From: Candidatus Methanomethylicia archaeon
GTDB lineage: Archaea > Thermoproteota > Methanomethylicia > Culexarchaeales > Culexarchaeaceae
Direction of reading: 5' to 3'
Length of the DNA stretch: 64,000 nucleotides
Assembly: GCA_038727515.1 (NCBI GenBank)
Contig: JAVYVS010000002.1
Span: forward strand, 32,001-96,000
Of this stretch, positions 22,798 through 32,035 are shown piece by piece. Under the pieces are notes generated by a model. The model did no database searches, was not told the origin of the DNA, and saw nothing but the letters and a program-made list of their open reading frames with translations. The number at the start of each line of letters is the position of its first letter. The first letter of the stretch is position 1. The position numbers and the translations under genes were made by a program.

Positions 22798-25165
22798 TGA
22801 CTACTCCCCCCATCTTTCTAACAACTTCTTCAAGTAGTGTTGGATTTGATATTACTGGTTTTTCAACCCATCCAGTTTTCCTCAAGATTTTCATAATTTC
22901 ATCTTTGTATGTGATTGGTATGTCTGCTTCAGTTCTTATAAATAGTGGTATATCTTGTGGAAGTTTATCATCACCATAAAACTTCTTGTATAATGATATG
23001 TAGTTTGTTAGTTTTATGGCTCTTCCTTGAGGTGTGTCTGCAGGTCTTATGCAAAGTTTAGCTGCCATGATCATAGCTTCTCCAATATTTTCTGCTGCAT
23101 AAAATAGGTGTTCTGGTGCTGGCCCCCCGTAAACTTTTTCTCCTGTTCTGGCATCATAAACATGCCAATTACTTTCATCATCTCTATTTCCAAGGAGCAT
23201 CCTTCTATATTTAATTCCATGTGGGCCTACTATTATTGGTATTCCTAAACGCCAAAATCCTGATGCTATGGCGGCAGCTTTTTGACTCATAGCCCCCCAA
23301 GCTATACCTACAGCACCAACTCTATTCAATATGTAATCTGCTATTTCAGCATAATTTGCTCTTAATGGTAGTCTAGCAAATATATTTGCAACTTTTATTG
23401 CAGCACCTGCTATATGAGCATTGGAAACGCAAGATCCCACATTCACAATTCCTCCAGCATTAAATTCTCCACTGAATTCTTCATATGGTGTTTTACCTTC
23501 TTCACTCTTATACATGGCGATCGCCATAGCTGAACATCCAGAAGCTACAACTATGTATCTTCTTGAAGCAAATTCAACGGCCATTTCTGCAACTTCATGA
23601 GCTCCATCGGGCCAATTAGCACATCCGGCAAAAGCTACTACTCCAGGTATTGTTCCTAAAACTATATCCCTACCTACAGCTCTAATCTCCGTATCTTGTA
23701 TGGGTCCTCTACCAACTCTAACTTTGAAGACCTCGCTTCTCATAATATTTTCTGATGCCTTTAAGATCATATTTAGCGTTGGTATATTTCTTGGACAAGC
23801 TTTTTCACATCTTCCACAGGCAAAGCATCTGTGGTATAATGATGCTAATTCTGTTAAATCATTTTTTGCAGCTTTAGCTATAGCTTCTGATATTGGGAGA
23901 TTTTGAGGGCAGCTTCTTTCACACTCTCTACACTTTACACATTTCTGAGCATATTCTACTAGTTCTTCTTTTGAAATTAGGTTTTTAATTTTCCTCCTCC
24001 TTACGGATGCTATTTTCATTGAAGTTTTAACAGCAACTTCAGCCATTACTTCTTCATTTAAGATTAATGCTCCAGGTATTTTCCCATTAATGAGTTCTTC
24101 TATTATCTTGTTTGGTTCATCGTTAGTTTTGTCTGGAAGTCCACGGCAAGCTTTATTTGAAGCTGCTATAAGCACAGCACCTATCTTTTCTGCTTCTTCT
24201 AATATATCTGTACGTATACATTGTTCATCTATCACTATAACATCTGGTATACCTGTTCTAATGAATCTTAACTGCCATGATATGGGTCCAATGATCTTCG
24301 CTCTCCTTTTTTCATATCTGGTTACATCATGTGCAGTACAACATAATCCACATACTTCCACTTCATCTCTAATCCCATTCCTCTCTAAATAGTCTATGAT
24401 TGATGATGCTGGTATAACATTATGTCCTATGACCAATATTGTTGGTTTTGTTGAATCTACGACTCCTATTCCCAAGTCCACTAAGGGAGATTCTGGATCT
24501 GCTTTTGGGAAATCTAACGCTGAAATCTGAATTACATCAGCTACTTCCATAGCAACGTGATCAAGCATTCCTAAATGAAGTACTTTTGATTCATAATCTA
24601 TCCAGCTACCTTCTTGTCCAGTATGTACACTTGCCAATGTTTGAACTATTTGTCTTTCAGTATAATCTAAAACTATCTCTAGATCTCTTAATGTATTTGG
24701 TTTAATTCCAGTTACAAGTCTTGTTATGGGCATTTCAACATGTACCTGTTCTCCAAGGTTTATTGGCATATCCCTTCCATATCTTTCAATGAGTTTCTCT
24801 AAAAGTTCTCTAGCATGACTTGTATGTGTGGCTGCTCCTATCGAACACACAAGAGTTACTAATCTAGATTGTTGTTCTGAAAGATCTATCCCACATGCAC
24901 CTCTTTTATCTCTAGATAAATCACATCTACCATATGTACATAAACAACAGAGATCGCAGTATGGTAAGTATAATGGTTTATACCTATTTAAGAGTATATG
25001 ATCCCATTTTCTTAAAGTGGTTATAGATGGAAATGGCGTTGGGCCTTGTGGTTCTGCCCATTCCTCTATCACATATCCTATACTAATGTCTAAACCTTTA
25101 ATTTCGCCAATAGCACTCTTTAACTCATCTAATTTAATTCTAAAATTTTTATATGGTATAGCCAT
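22787..25165 (-). CDS. cdhA: ACDS alpha subunit (Ni-CO dehydrogenase)
   Basis: CDLCCLCTYGRC, GHN, GLCCTAHD, DEQC, two 4Fe-4S motifs, GCAN, SGC, GSCVSNAH and WGAMSQKA. Confidence 0.96.
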   Translation of the reverse strand: MAIPYKNFRIKLDELKSAIGEIKGLDISIGYVIEEWAEPQGPTPFPSITTLRKWDHILLNRYKPLYLPYCDLCCLCTYGRCDLSRDKRGACGIDLSEQQSRLVTLVCSIGAATHTSHARELLEKLIERYGRDMPINLGEQVHVEMPITRLVTGIKPNTLRDLEIVLDYTERQIVQTLASVHTGQEGSWIDYESKVLHLGMLDHVAMEVADVIQISALDFPKADPESPLVDLGIGVVDSTKPTILVIGHNVIPASSIIDYLERNGIRDEVEVCGLCCTAHDVTRYEKRRAKIIGPISWQLRFIRTGIPDVIVIDEQCIRTDILEEAEKIGAVLIAASNKACRGLPDKTNDEPNKIIEELINGKIPGALILNEEVMAEVAVKTSMKIASVRRRKIKNLISKEELVEYAQKCVKCRECERSCPQNLPISEAIAKAAKNDLTELASLYHRCFACGRCEKACPRNIPTLNMILKASENIMRSEVFKVRVGRGPIQDTEIRAVGRDIVLGTIPGVVAFAGCANWPDGAHEVAEMAVEFASRRYIVVASGCSAMAIAMYKSEEGKTPYEEFSGEFNAGGIVNVGSCVSNAHIAGAAIKVANIFARLPLRANYAEIADYILNRVGAVGIAWGAMSQKAAAIASGFWRLGIPIIVGPHGIKYRRMLLGNRDDESNWHVYDARTGEKVYGGPAPEHLFYAAENIGEAMIMAAKLCIRPADTPQGRAIKLTNYISLYKKFYGDDKLPQDIPLFIRTEADIPITYKDEIMKILRKTGWVEKPVISNPTLLEEVVRKMGGVVNER

Positions 25166-25249
25166 CCATTATACACACTCCAAATTTGTTATTACATAAG
25201 TTTGTGAATGTTAAAAACCTTATGTTTAGTGATTTTCTTTTATGATATG

Positions 25250-26020
25250 TTATATGTACTTGTGTCCAAAAATATTTTCTTTTAATTCAATTATTGCTTT
25301 TATAACTTTTGAATTTGGTGCGTAATCTAATAAGGATAAACCCAGTTTATCTGCTTCTACAACATTCTCATCATATGGTATTATGCTAAATGGAGATCCT
25401 AGGAGGTTTTCAACTAATTTTACATCATCTTTACATCTAACTTTATTGACTACTATATTGAAGTTTTTCAATTGAAGGTCTTCAGCTAATTTCTTCATTT
25501 GTATAGCTACATCAATTGCCTTTACATTTGGTTCCACTATGCATAGAACGAGGTTTACGCCTCTTATAGTTCCTCTACTCATATGTTCTAATCCTGCAAC
25601 CATATCAAATATCACTACATCCTTCCTTCCCAAGACTAAATGGGAGAATAATGCTCTTAGAAATGAGTATTCTGGGCATAGACATCTGGTTCCTCCACTC
25701 TTAATTTCTCCAAATTTAATTAAAGTAACGTTATCCGGACCTTTAACGCCAAATTTTTCTATGATATCATCAACCTTTGGGTTCATTATGTATAGTCCAT
25801 CTGGTAAAAGTGTTCTAGATTTAATGAATTCTTCTTCATTAAATAGTACTGGAGCTTCTAAGGCGATATTCTTTGGTATTCCTAAAGATGCAGCTAAGTT
25901 TAAGCTTGGATCTGCATCAACAGCTATAACCTTATATCCATCTCTTCCAATAATTCTAGCTAAACATGCAGCTATAGTTGTTTTTCCAACACCGCCTTTA
26001 CCTATTATCGCTATTTTCAT
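25250..26020 (-). CDS. cooC: Second CooC-type nickel-insertion ATPase
   Basis: GKGGVGKTT, DADP, RCLCPE and DMVAGLEH. Confidence 0.9.
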   Translation of the reverse strand: MKIAIIGKGGVGKTTIAACLARIIGRDGYKVIAVDADPSLNLAASLGIPKNIALEAPVLFNEEEFIKSRTLLPDGLYIMNPKVDDIIEKFGVKGPDNVTLIKFGEIKSGGTRCLCPEYSFLRALFSHLVLGRKDVVIFDMVAGLEHMSRGTIRGVNLVLCIVEPNVKAIDVAIQMKKLAEDLQLKNFNIVVNKVRCKDDVKLVENLLGSPFSIIPYDENVVEADKLGLSLLDYAPNSKVIKAIIELKENIFGHKYI

Positions 26021-26046
26021 TTAACAACCCTTTAACTGAGATTAAT

Positions 26047-26238
26047 TTAAATTCTTCTTAAAACAACCTTATGTGATATAAAATCGATATACTCTATAGT
26101 TACATTCTCCAATTCATATACTTTCCCAGTTATATCTACAAATATGAATTTTCCTTCCTTTGGTACTAGTGAGACTACATCTTTTACTAAGAGTTCTTCT
26201 TTGCCATCACTCTTTACATAGATATCTGATTCACACAT
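26047..26238 (-). CDS. cooT: CooT family nickel-binding protein
   Basis: MCES N-terminus, C-terminal H in DFISHKVVL, 63 aa, upstream of cooC-cdhA. Confidence 0.85.
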   Translation of the reverse strand: MCESDIYVKSDGKEELLVKDVVSLVPKEGKFIFVDITGKVYELENVTIEYIDFISHKVVLRRI

Positions 26239-26402
26239 ATATGATATACCTCGTATTCGGTTAGTTTGTAGTATTGTGTCTTTTCTTATAAATATTTCTA
26301 ATTTAATTTAGATGTTTAGATTATGGTCTCCATTTAGATATATTAGAAAAGTTTATTTTCCAAAGATAAAAAGTAGATAATACATGTTATGGAGGTAAAT
26401 TT

Positions 26403-27497
26403 ATGGGTGAACGTTCTCTTTATGTTTCAATTATTGTTATTCTTGTAATTTGTTTTCTTGTAATTGGTTTCATCGGTTTCTTTTGGTATCCTACAGGTTT
26501 TAAACTTGTGGTTTCAAAGACTATTACTGTCACTGATAGTTTAAATAGAATTGTAAGTTTTGAAGCTTTACCTACAAGAATTGTTGTTGCATCTGATACT
26601 GGTGGTGTTACCATTATTGAAACCTTGTATATGTTTAAAAGTGCTGTTAATAAGGTTGTAGCCATGGATTCCTGGGGGATAGCAAATAACCCATTGATAA
26701 ATATTCTTGACCCAAGTTTGAATAGTAAAGTTTTATTTCAAAAAACCCCTACTGTTGAAGAAATTTTGAAGCTTCAACCAGATTTAGTGATTACCAGAAG
26801 TTATATGGCTTCTTCCCTTGGCAAACAATTGGAGTCTGCTGGCGTTAAATTGATCTATTTGGATCTAGAAACCCCTGAAGCCTTCTTTAAAAGTGTACAT
26901 TTGTTAGGTGAAATTTTAGGTGAAGTTGATAGAGCTGTGGAAATTGTTAATTATATGAAGAGTATTGTGTATGGTGTTTCATCTAAAGTTAGCGGCATTC
27001 AAAATAAGCTTAGGGTATTATTTGTTTGGTATACTGTAAAGGCTCTCCGTGTACCTGCTTCTGGTTTTATTCAAAATTTATTGATAGAATTAGCAGGAGG
27101 TATATCTCTCTCTAGTAATGTTAGTGGCATTGGTTTTCCAAAGGTTAGTCCAGAGCAAATTGTTGCTTGGAATCCAGATATAATATTTGTAACTACATAT
27201 TCCGATAATCCTACTCCAAGTTCTGCTGTTAAATCAATACTGGGTGATTACAAGTTGAGTATGGTTAAAGCTGTTAGAGAGGGTAAAGTTTATTCAGTTC
27301 CTGGATTGGTTATTACATGGGATGCTCCAGGCACTAGATGGCCTTTATTTATTGCATATATGGCTTCCATCATGTATCCCGATGTTTTTGGTGATGTTAA
27401 TGCTGTTAAGAATCTTGCCGTTAGTTATTACATGAAGATTTATGGGATCTCCCGTGTAATTGCTGAAAGTTTAATTGAATCTGAATTTAGATTTTAG
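26403..27497 (+). CDS. Metal-chelate (cobalamin/Fe-siderophore-type) ABC transporter substrate-binding protein
   Basis: N-terminal membrane anchor, VTDSLNR, EEILKLQPDLVI, EQIVAWNPDIIF and AVREGKVY. Confidence 0.88.
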   Translation: MGERSLYVSIIVILVICFLVIGFIGFFWYPTGFKLVVSKTITVTDSLNRIVSFEALPTRIVVASDTGGVTIIETLYMFKSAVNKVVAMDSWGIANNPLINILDPSLNSKVLFQKTPTVEEILKLQPDLVITRSYMASSLGKQLESAGVKLIYLDLETPEAFFKSVHLLGEILGEVDRAVEIVNYMKSIVYGVSSKVSGIQNKLRVLFVWYTVKALRVPASGFIQNLLIELAGGISLSSNVSGIGFPKVSPEQIVAWNPDIIFVTTYSDNPTPSSAVKSILGDYKLSMVKAVREGKVYSVPGLVITWDAPGTRWPLFIAYMASIMYPDVFGDVNAVKNLAVSYYMKIYGISRVIAESLIESEFRF

Positions 27498-27513
27498 TGA
27501 GGGATTTTAAATC

Positions 27514-28488
27514 TTGAATAGATTTATTGCCTTCACATTACTACTTGTAACAGCTAATATTCTTTTAATATTATTATCACTTTTATTTGTTGGCAGATTG
27601 CCAATAGGTTTATCTGATTGGATTACTTGGTCTTGGAAAGCTAGGTTAGTTTTTGAAGTTAGATTGCCAAGGATATTATATGCTTCTTTAGCTGGTGCTG
27701 CACTTGGGGTTACTGGCTCTGTTATGCAATCTATATTTAGGAATCCTTTAGCTTCTCCTGATATACTTGGTGTCTCTAGTGGTTCAGCTTTTGGGGCTTC
27801 TTTAGGAATTCTCTTCTATACTTCTGCTATCTATGTCGAAGGACTATCCTTCATTATGGGTTTAATATCTTTAATGGCAACAATATCTTTAAGTAGAATT
27901 TTCAGGTATGGTGATGAAGTTTTAAGACTTATTTTATCTGGAATTGCTATTTCAGCATTATTTAATGCTGGTGTTGGTTATGTTAAGTATGTGGCTGATC
28001 CATATAGTAAGCTTCCTCAAATAACTTTTTGGCTTCTAGGATCCTTTGGAGGTGTTGGTTTTAGTGAATTCTACCTTTTTTCACCCCTCATTCTTTCATC
28101 CATTTTAATTCTCTCACTGCTTTCTTGGAGGATAAATGTTTTATCTTTTGGAGATGAGATTGCTAGAAGTCTAGGTATTAACCCGAGGTTTAATAGATTT
28201 CTATCCATAATATTCTCCGTTCTATCTGTATCTTCAATTGTATGTGTCACTGGAGTTATCGGTTGGCTGGGGCTCATAACCCCTCATCTTGTTAGACCTA
28301 TTGTTGGAGCTGATAATAGGAAGGTCATTATTAGTTCAGCTTTACTCGGTTCCATTCTCTCCATTATTAGTGATGATATTTCTAGAAGTTTAATTGAAGC
28401 TGAAATTCCATTTAACATAATTGTTTCCTTTATCAGCATCCCTCTATTCATTTTGATATTAAGAGGTGGTGTTAAGAGTGAAAGGTAA
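27514..28488 (+). CDS. FecCD/BtuC-type ABC permease
   Basis: RLPR, FRNPLASPDILGVSSG and IGWLGLITPH. Confidence 0.92.
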   Translation: MNRFIAFTLLLVTANILLILLSLLFVGRLPIGLSDWITWSWKARLVFEVRLPRILYASLAGAALGVTGSVMQSIFRNPLASPDILGVSSGSAFGASLGILFYTSAIYVEGLSFIMGLISLMATISLSRIFRYGDEVLRLILSGIAISALFNAGVGYVKYVADPYSKLPQITFWLLGSFGGVGFSEFYLFSPLILSSILILSLLSWRINVLSFGDEIARSLGINPRFNRFLSIIFSVLSVSSIVCVTGVIGWLGLITPHLVRPIVGADNRKVIISSALLGSILSIISDDISRSLIEAEIPFNIIVSFISIPLFILILRGGVKSER

Positions 28489-29269
28489 ACATGTAATTGA
28501 AGTTAGAAATTTGAATTTCTCCTATTTTAAGGATAGATTGGTTTTATGTGATGTAAACTTCTTTGTTGATGAAGGTGAAGTTGTAACATTTCTAGGTCCC
28601 AATGCTTCTGGTAAAACTACATTGCTTAAGATAATTGCGAAAGCTATAACTGGGTTTTCTGGTTATATTGAAGTTTTAGGTAGAAGTTTGAAGGATTTTA
28701 ATTATAGAGATTACTCTAAGATTGTTGCATACGTCCCACAGGAGGAGATCGTTGCATTACCATTTAATGTTTACGAATATTTACTTTTGGGTAGAACACC
28801 ACATATAAACTTAATATTTGTAGATCGTAAAGATTATTTAATTGTTGAAAATGTTATTAATTTGCTTGGCATTGAAAATCTGAGGAATAGACTTGTTCCT
28901 GAATTATCTGGTGGAGAGAAGCAATTGATAAAGATAGGTAGAGCTCTAGCTCAAGAACCTCGTATAATGCTTTTAGATGAACCTACATCTCATTTAGATT
29001 TAGGTAATAAAGTTAGAATTTTGAAGTTGATGCGTGAAATGGCAGATAAAAATCTAGCTATAATATTTACAACGCATGATCCAAATGAGGCATTAATGAT
29101 TAGTGATAGAGTTTATTTGCTTAGTGAAGGAAGGATTGTAGCTAATGGAATTCCAGATGAAGTTTTATCGGAGAAATTAATTAAGGAGGTTTATAAGGTT
29201 GATGTTACTTATATGAAGAGTAGTAATGCAACTGCAATATTACCAGTAATAAAGGGGTTTCAATCATGA
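28466..29269 (+). CDS. FepC/BtuD-type ABC ATP-binding protein
   Basis: GPNASGKTT, LSGGEKQ and LLDEPTSHLD. Confidence 0.92.
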   Translation: MVLRVKGKHVIEVRNLNFSYFKDRLVLCDVNFFVDEGEVVTFLGPNASGKTTLLKIIAKAITGFSGYIEVLGRSLKDFNYRDYSKIVAYVPQEEIVALPFNVYEYLLLGRTPHINLIFVDRKDYLIVENVINLLGIENLRNRLVPELSGGEKQLIKIGRALAQEPRIMLLDEPTSHLDLGNKVRILKLMREMADKNLAIIFTTHDPNEALMISDRVYLLSEGRIVANGIPDEVLSEKLIKEVYKVDVTYMKSSNATAILPVIKGFQS

Positions 29270-30160
29270 TTCCATAATCCTCACTATAACTGCTGGATGA
29301 TGCTTTACTTTATTCATATCCATCCATTTTACTTCATCAAAATTTTCTTTACCCAATTTCAATAGCATATCTACAATATTTCTCCCAAATCCATACCCCA
29401 TAATTTTATCAGCAAATTTCGTTATCCTAAGAATTTCTACTAACTTCATTGGAATACCGCTGTATGCTACTGGTGTTGGGTAGTCTATGAATTTATGACT
29501 AAATACTTTTCCAATTATATATCCTAGACCCCCTAAATCTATTATACCATGTATACTTGAAGGTCTTGTGGATATAGCTATATAATCTAGATTTTTAGGT
29601 TTAAATGTTCTATCAGTATCCACTATTAAAACATTCACTTTCCTATTTAACTTCTTAAATATTTCAATTCTAATCTTTCTTGCTTCTCTCTCTGCATCTT
29701 TTAATGGTAATGATACATATCTATATGGTAGATTTGTAGCATCAATTCCATATTCTGAATATGGTTTTAGAAAATGTATTAGTCCCCCATACCTTAATCC
29801 AAGTTTTTTATGTGTAGCCACTAGATCTAATGGTGTGTTCTCTATTACACTCATAGCCCCATTTGATGGAAATGTGAATTTTAGTAATTTTCCCCAAACA
29901 AACTTATTAACTATTTTTGATGCTATTTTTGTTATTGGATCGATTCTTTTTATTATTCCTTCATCATATATATTCCCCTTTGATACACATAGTGCCTTCT
30001 CTGAAATTGCTATTATATCCCCATCCTTAATATGCCTACCATATGCTTCTACTATCTCATTAATGATATTAGTTCCTGGAAACCAATAATTGAAATCCCT
30101 CTTTATCCCTCTAAGACTCCTTTTACATTTATCCATGAGCTCCAATACACCGTCTATCAT
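29264..30160 (-). CDS. CofE-like (F420:gamma-glutamyl ligase family) protein
   Basis: DGDIIAISEK, GIDATNLP, IVDTD and PTPVAY match a CofE-family paralogue. Confidence 0.75.
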   Translation of the reverse strand: MIDGVLELMDKCKRSLRGIKRDFNYWFPGTNIINEIVEAYGRHIKDGDIIAISEKALCVSKGNIYDEGIIKRIDPITKIASKIVNKFVWGKLLKFTFPSNGAMSVIENTPLDLVATHKKLGLRYGGLIHFLKPYSEYGIDATNLPYRYVSLPLKDAEREARKIRIEIFKKLNRKVNVLIVDTDRTFKPKNLDYIAISTRPSSIHGIIDLGGLGYIIGKVFSHKFIDYPTPVAYSGIPMKLVEILRITKFADKIMGYGFGRNIVDMLLKLGKENFDEVKWMDMNKVKHHPAVIVRIMES

Positions 30161-30234
30161 TATTATAAAAAGGTTTATCTAATTTTTCAAGTTTCTAGTT
30201 AGTTTTATATAAAGTTCGAATTTAATATATTTGG

Positions 30235-31176
30235 GTGTTATTTTTGAGTTTAAAAATTAATGATGTTATTATTGAGGATACTTTTGCAGAAGCTTTTCCA
30301 ATGTATGCTACACGTATAATTGTAACTGCTGTAAATTTTCATTGGGCTCTTACCGCAGCTCGTGCAGCCACTGGATTTGGTAGCTCTGTAATTGCATGTC
30401 CAGGAGAAACTGGTATTGAAGCTTTAATATCCCCTAAAATAACCCCTGATCTCCGTCCAGGTGTTGCCATACAAATTTATCATAGCGATCCTGCAACTCT
30501 AAAACTTGTAACTCTTACAAGGGTTGGTCAATGTATTCTTACAGCATCTACTGCATCTGCATTTAATGGTCTTCCTAAAGTTAAGAGGAAAATGAGTGTG
30601 GGTAAAGCTCTTGCAAAATTTGGTGATGGTTTTGAGAAGGAAGATGTCATTGATGGAAGAAAGGTTTGGAGGATACCGATTATGGAAGGTGAATTCATAG
30701 TTGAAGATTCCTTTGGAGTTGTTAAGGGTGTTGCTGGTGGTAATCTATTGATATTAGCTAAAAATCGTGAGGCAGGTTTAAATGCAGCTGAGAAAGCTGT
30801 AAAGGCAATACGTAGCTATGTTAAGTATGTTATTACTCCATTTCCAGGGGGTATAGTTCGCTCGGGTTCTAAGGTTGGGTCTTTAAAATATCCTAAACTT
30901 AGAGCGACAACAAATCATCCATACTGCCCAACCTTAAAGGGTTTAATCAAAGATTCTAAGCTTCCACCGGATGTGAATTCCGTCTATGAAATTGTTATTA
31001 ATGGTCTTAGAAAGGATGATGTTTTAAAGGCTATGGGTGTTGCAATTAAAGCTGCTTCAAGTGTTCCTGGTGTTGTAAAAATTGATGCTGGAAATTATGG
31101 TGGTAGACTTGGCCCATACCATCTATATTTGAAGGAGGCTTTAGAAACTGTTAAAAGTATTGAAGTAGAGATTTGA
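30235..31176 (+). CDS. ftr: Formylmethanofuran:H4MPT formyltransferase
   Basis: IEDTFAEAF, TPDLRPG, RVGQCILT, GVAGGN, PFPGGIVRSGSK and AGNYGG. Confidence 0.96.
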   Translation: MLFLSLKINDVIIEDTFAEAFPMYATRIIVTAVNFHWALTAARAATGFGSSVIACPGETGIEALISPKITPDLRPGVAIQIYHSDPATLKLVTLTRVGQCILTASTASAFNGLPKVKRKMSVGKALAKFGDGFEKEDVIDGRKVWRIPIMEGEFIVEDSFGVVKGVAGGNLLILAKNREAGLNAAEKAVKAIRSYVKYVITPFPGGIVRSGSKVGSLKYPKLRATTNHPYCPTLKGLIKDSKLPPDVNSVYEIVINGLRKDDVLKAMGVAIKAASSVPGVVKIDAGNYGGRLGPYHLYLKEALETVKSIEVEI

Positions 31177-31189
31177 TGGAGGTGGGATT

Positions 31190-32035
31190 TTGTCTGGGAA
31201 AATTGTTAAAATATGTATATTAAAACTTGGATGTGTAGGGTCATCACCACTTCTAGAATATGTGTTAGATGAGAGAGCTGATAGAGAGGATATTGAAGTT
31301 AGAGTTATTAGTGTTGGATCAAAGATGACTGAAACCCATGCCGCAGAACTAGCTGAAAGGGCTTTGAAGGAGGAATGTGATCTATATATTATTCCAAGTC
31401 CAAATGCTTCTTTACCGGGTCCAAGTAAAGTTAGAGAGATTTTAAGGGAGAAGGGTAAAAACATCATAGTTTTATCCGATGCTCCAGCTAGAAGGATAAC
31501 TAAGGAACTTGATGATAAGGGTATAGGATACATTATAGTGTTAGCTGATTCGATGATCGGTGCTCGTAGAGGATTTCTAGATCCAACTGAAATGGTTATG
31601 TATAATACCGATGTTATTAAAGTTCTTGCTTCCACTGGTGTTGTTAGACTTCTACAATTGGAATTGGATAATGTTATAAGTGCTTTGAAGCTTGGTGAAA
31701 AACCATCATTACCAAGGATTGTCGTAGATAAAGAGGTTGCTATTAAATATGCTGAATTTAGAAATCCATATGCTAAGGCTAAGGCTATGGCTGCATATGA
31801 AATTGCAGTTAAAGTTGCTGATCTAACTTCTGAGGGTTGCTTTAAAATTAAGGAGCGAGAAAGGTATATACCCATACTTGCAGCTGCACATGAAATGATG
31901 AGGTATGCTTCTCAACTTGTTGATGAAGCCCGTGAAATAGAGAAGTATGGTGATACGTTAATTAGAACTCCACATGCATCTGATGGTTCTATATTGTTCA
32001 AAGAGAAGCTAATGGAGGAGGCTCATCCTAGATGA
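31190..32035 (+). CDS. mtd: F420-dependent methylene-H4MPT dehydrogenase
   Basis: LDERADREDI, SPN, DSMIGARR..LDPTEM, NPYAKAKAMAA and AHEMMR. Confidence 0.95.
   Translation: MSGKIVKICILKLGCVGSSPLLEYVLDERADREDIEVRVISVGSKMTETHAAELAERALKEECDLYIIPSPNASLPGPSKVREILREKGKNIIVLSDAPARRITKELDDKGIGYIIVLADSMIGARRGFLDPTEMVMYNTDVIKVLASTGVVRLLQLELDNVISALKLGEKPSLPRIVVDKEVAIKYAEFRNPYAKAKAMAAYEIAVKVADLTSEGCFKIKERERYIPILAAAHEMMRYASQLVDEAREIEKYGDTLIRTPHASDGSILFKEKLMEEAHPR

Noticed and set aside
26240-26400. Riboswitch or NikR operator between cooT and the ABC importer; three TTTAGAT copies
   Set aside because: There is no convincing structure or dyad, and short AT-rich repeats are expected by chance.
31141-31875. 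244-aa antisense ORF
   Set aside because: It lies almost entirely opposite the well-conserved mtd gene and has no motifs, so it is a shadow ORF. The same applies to the other short overlapping ORFs in the track (e.g. 4887-5195, 6835-7203, 25539-26024, 44150-44515, 54140-54481).
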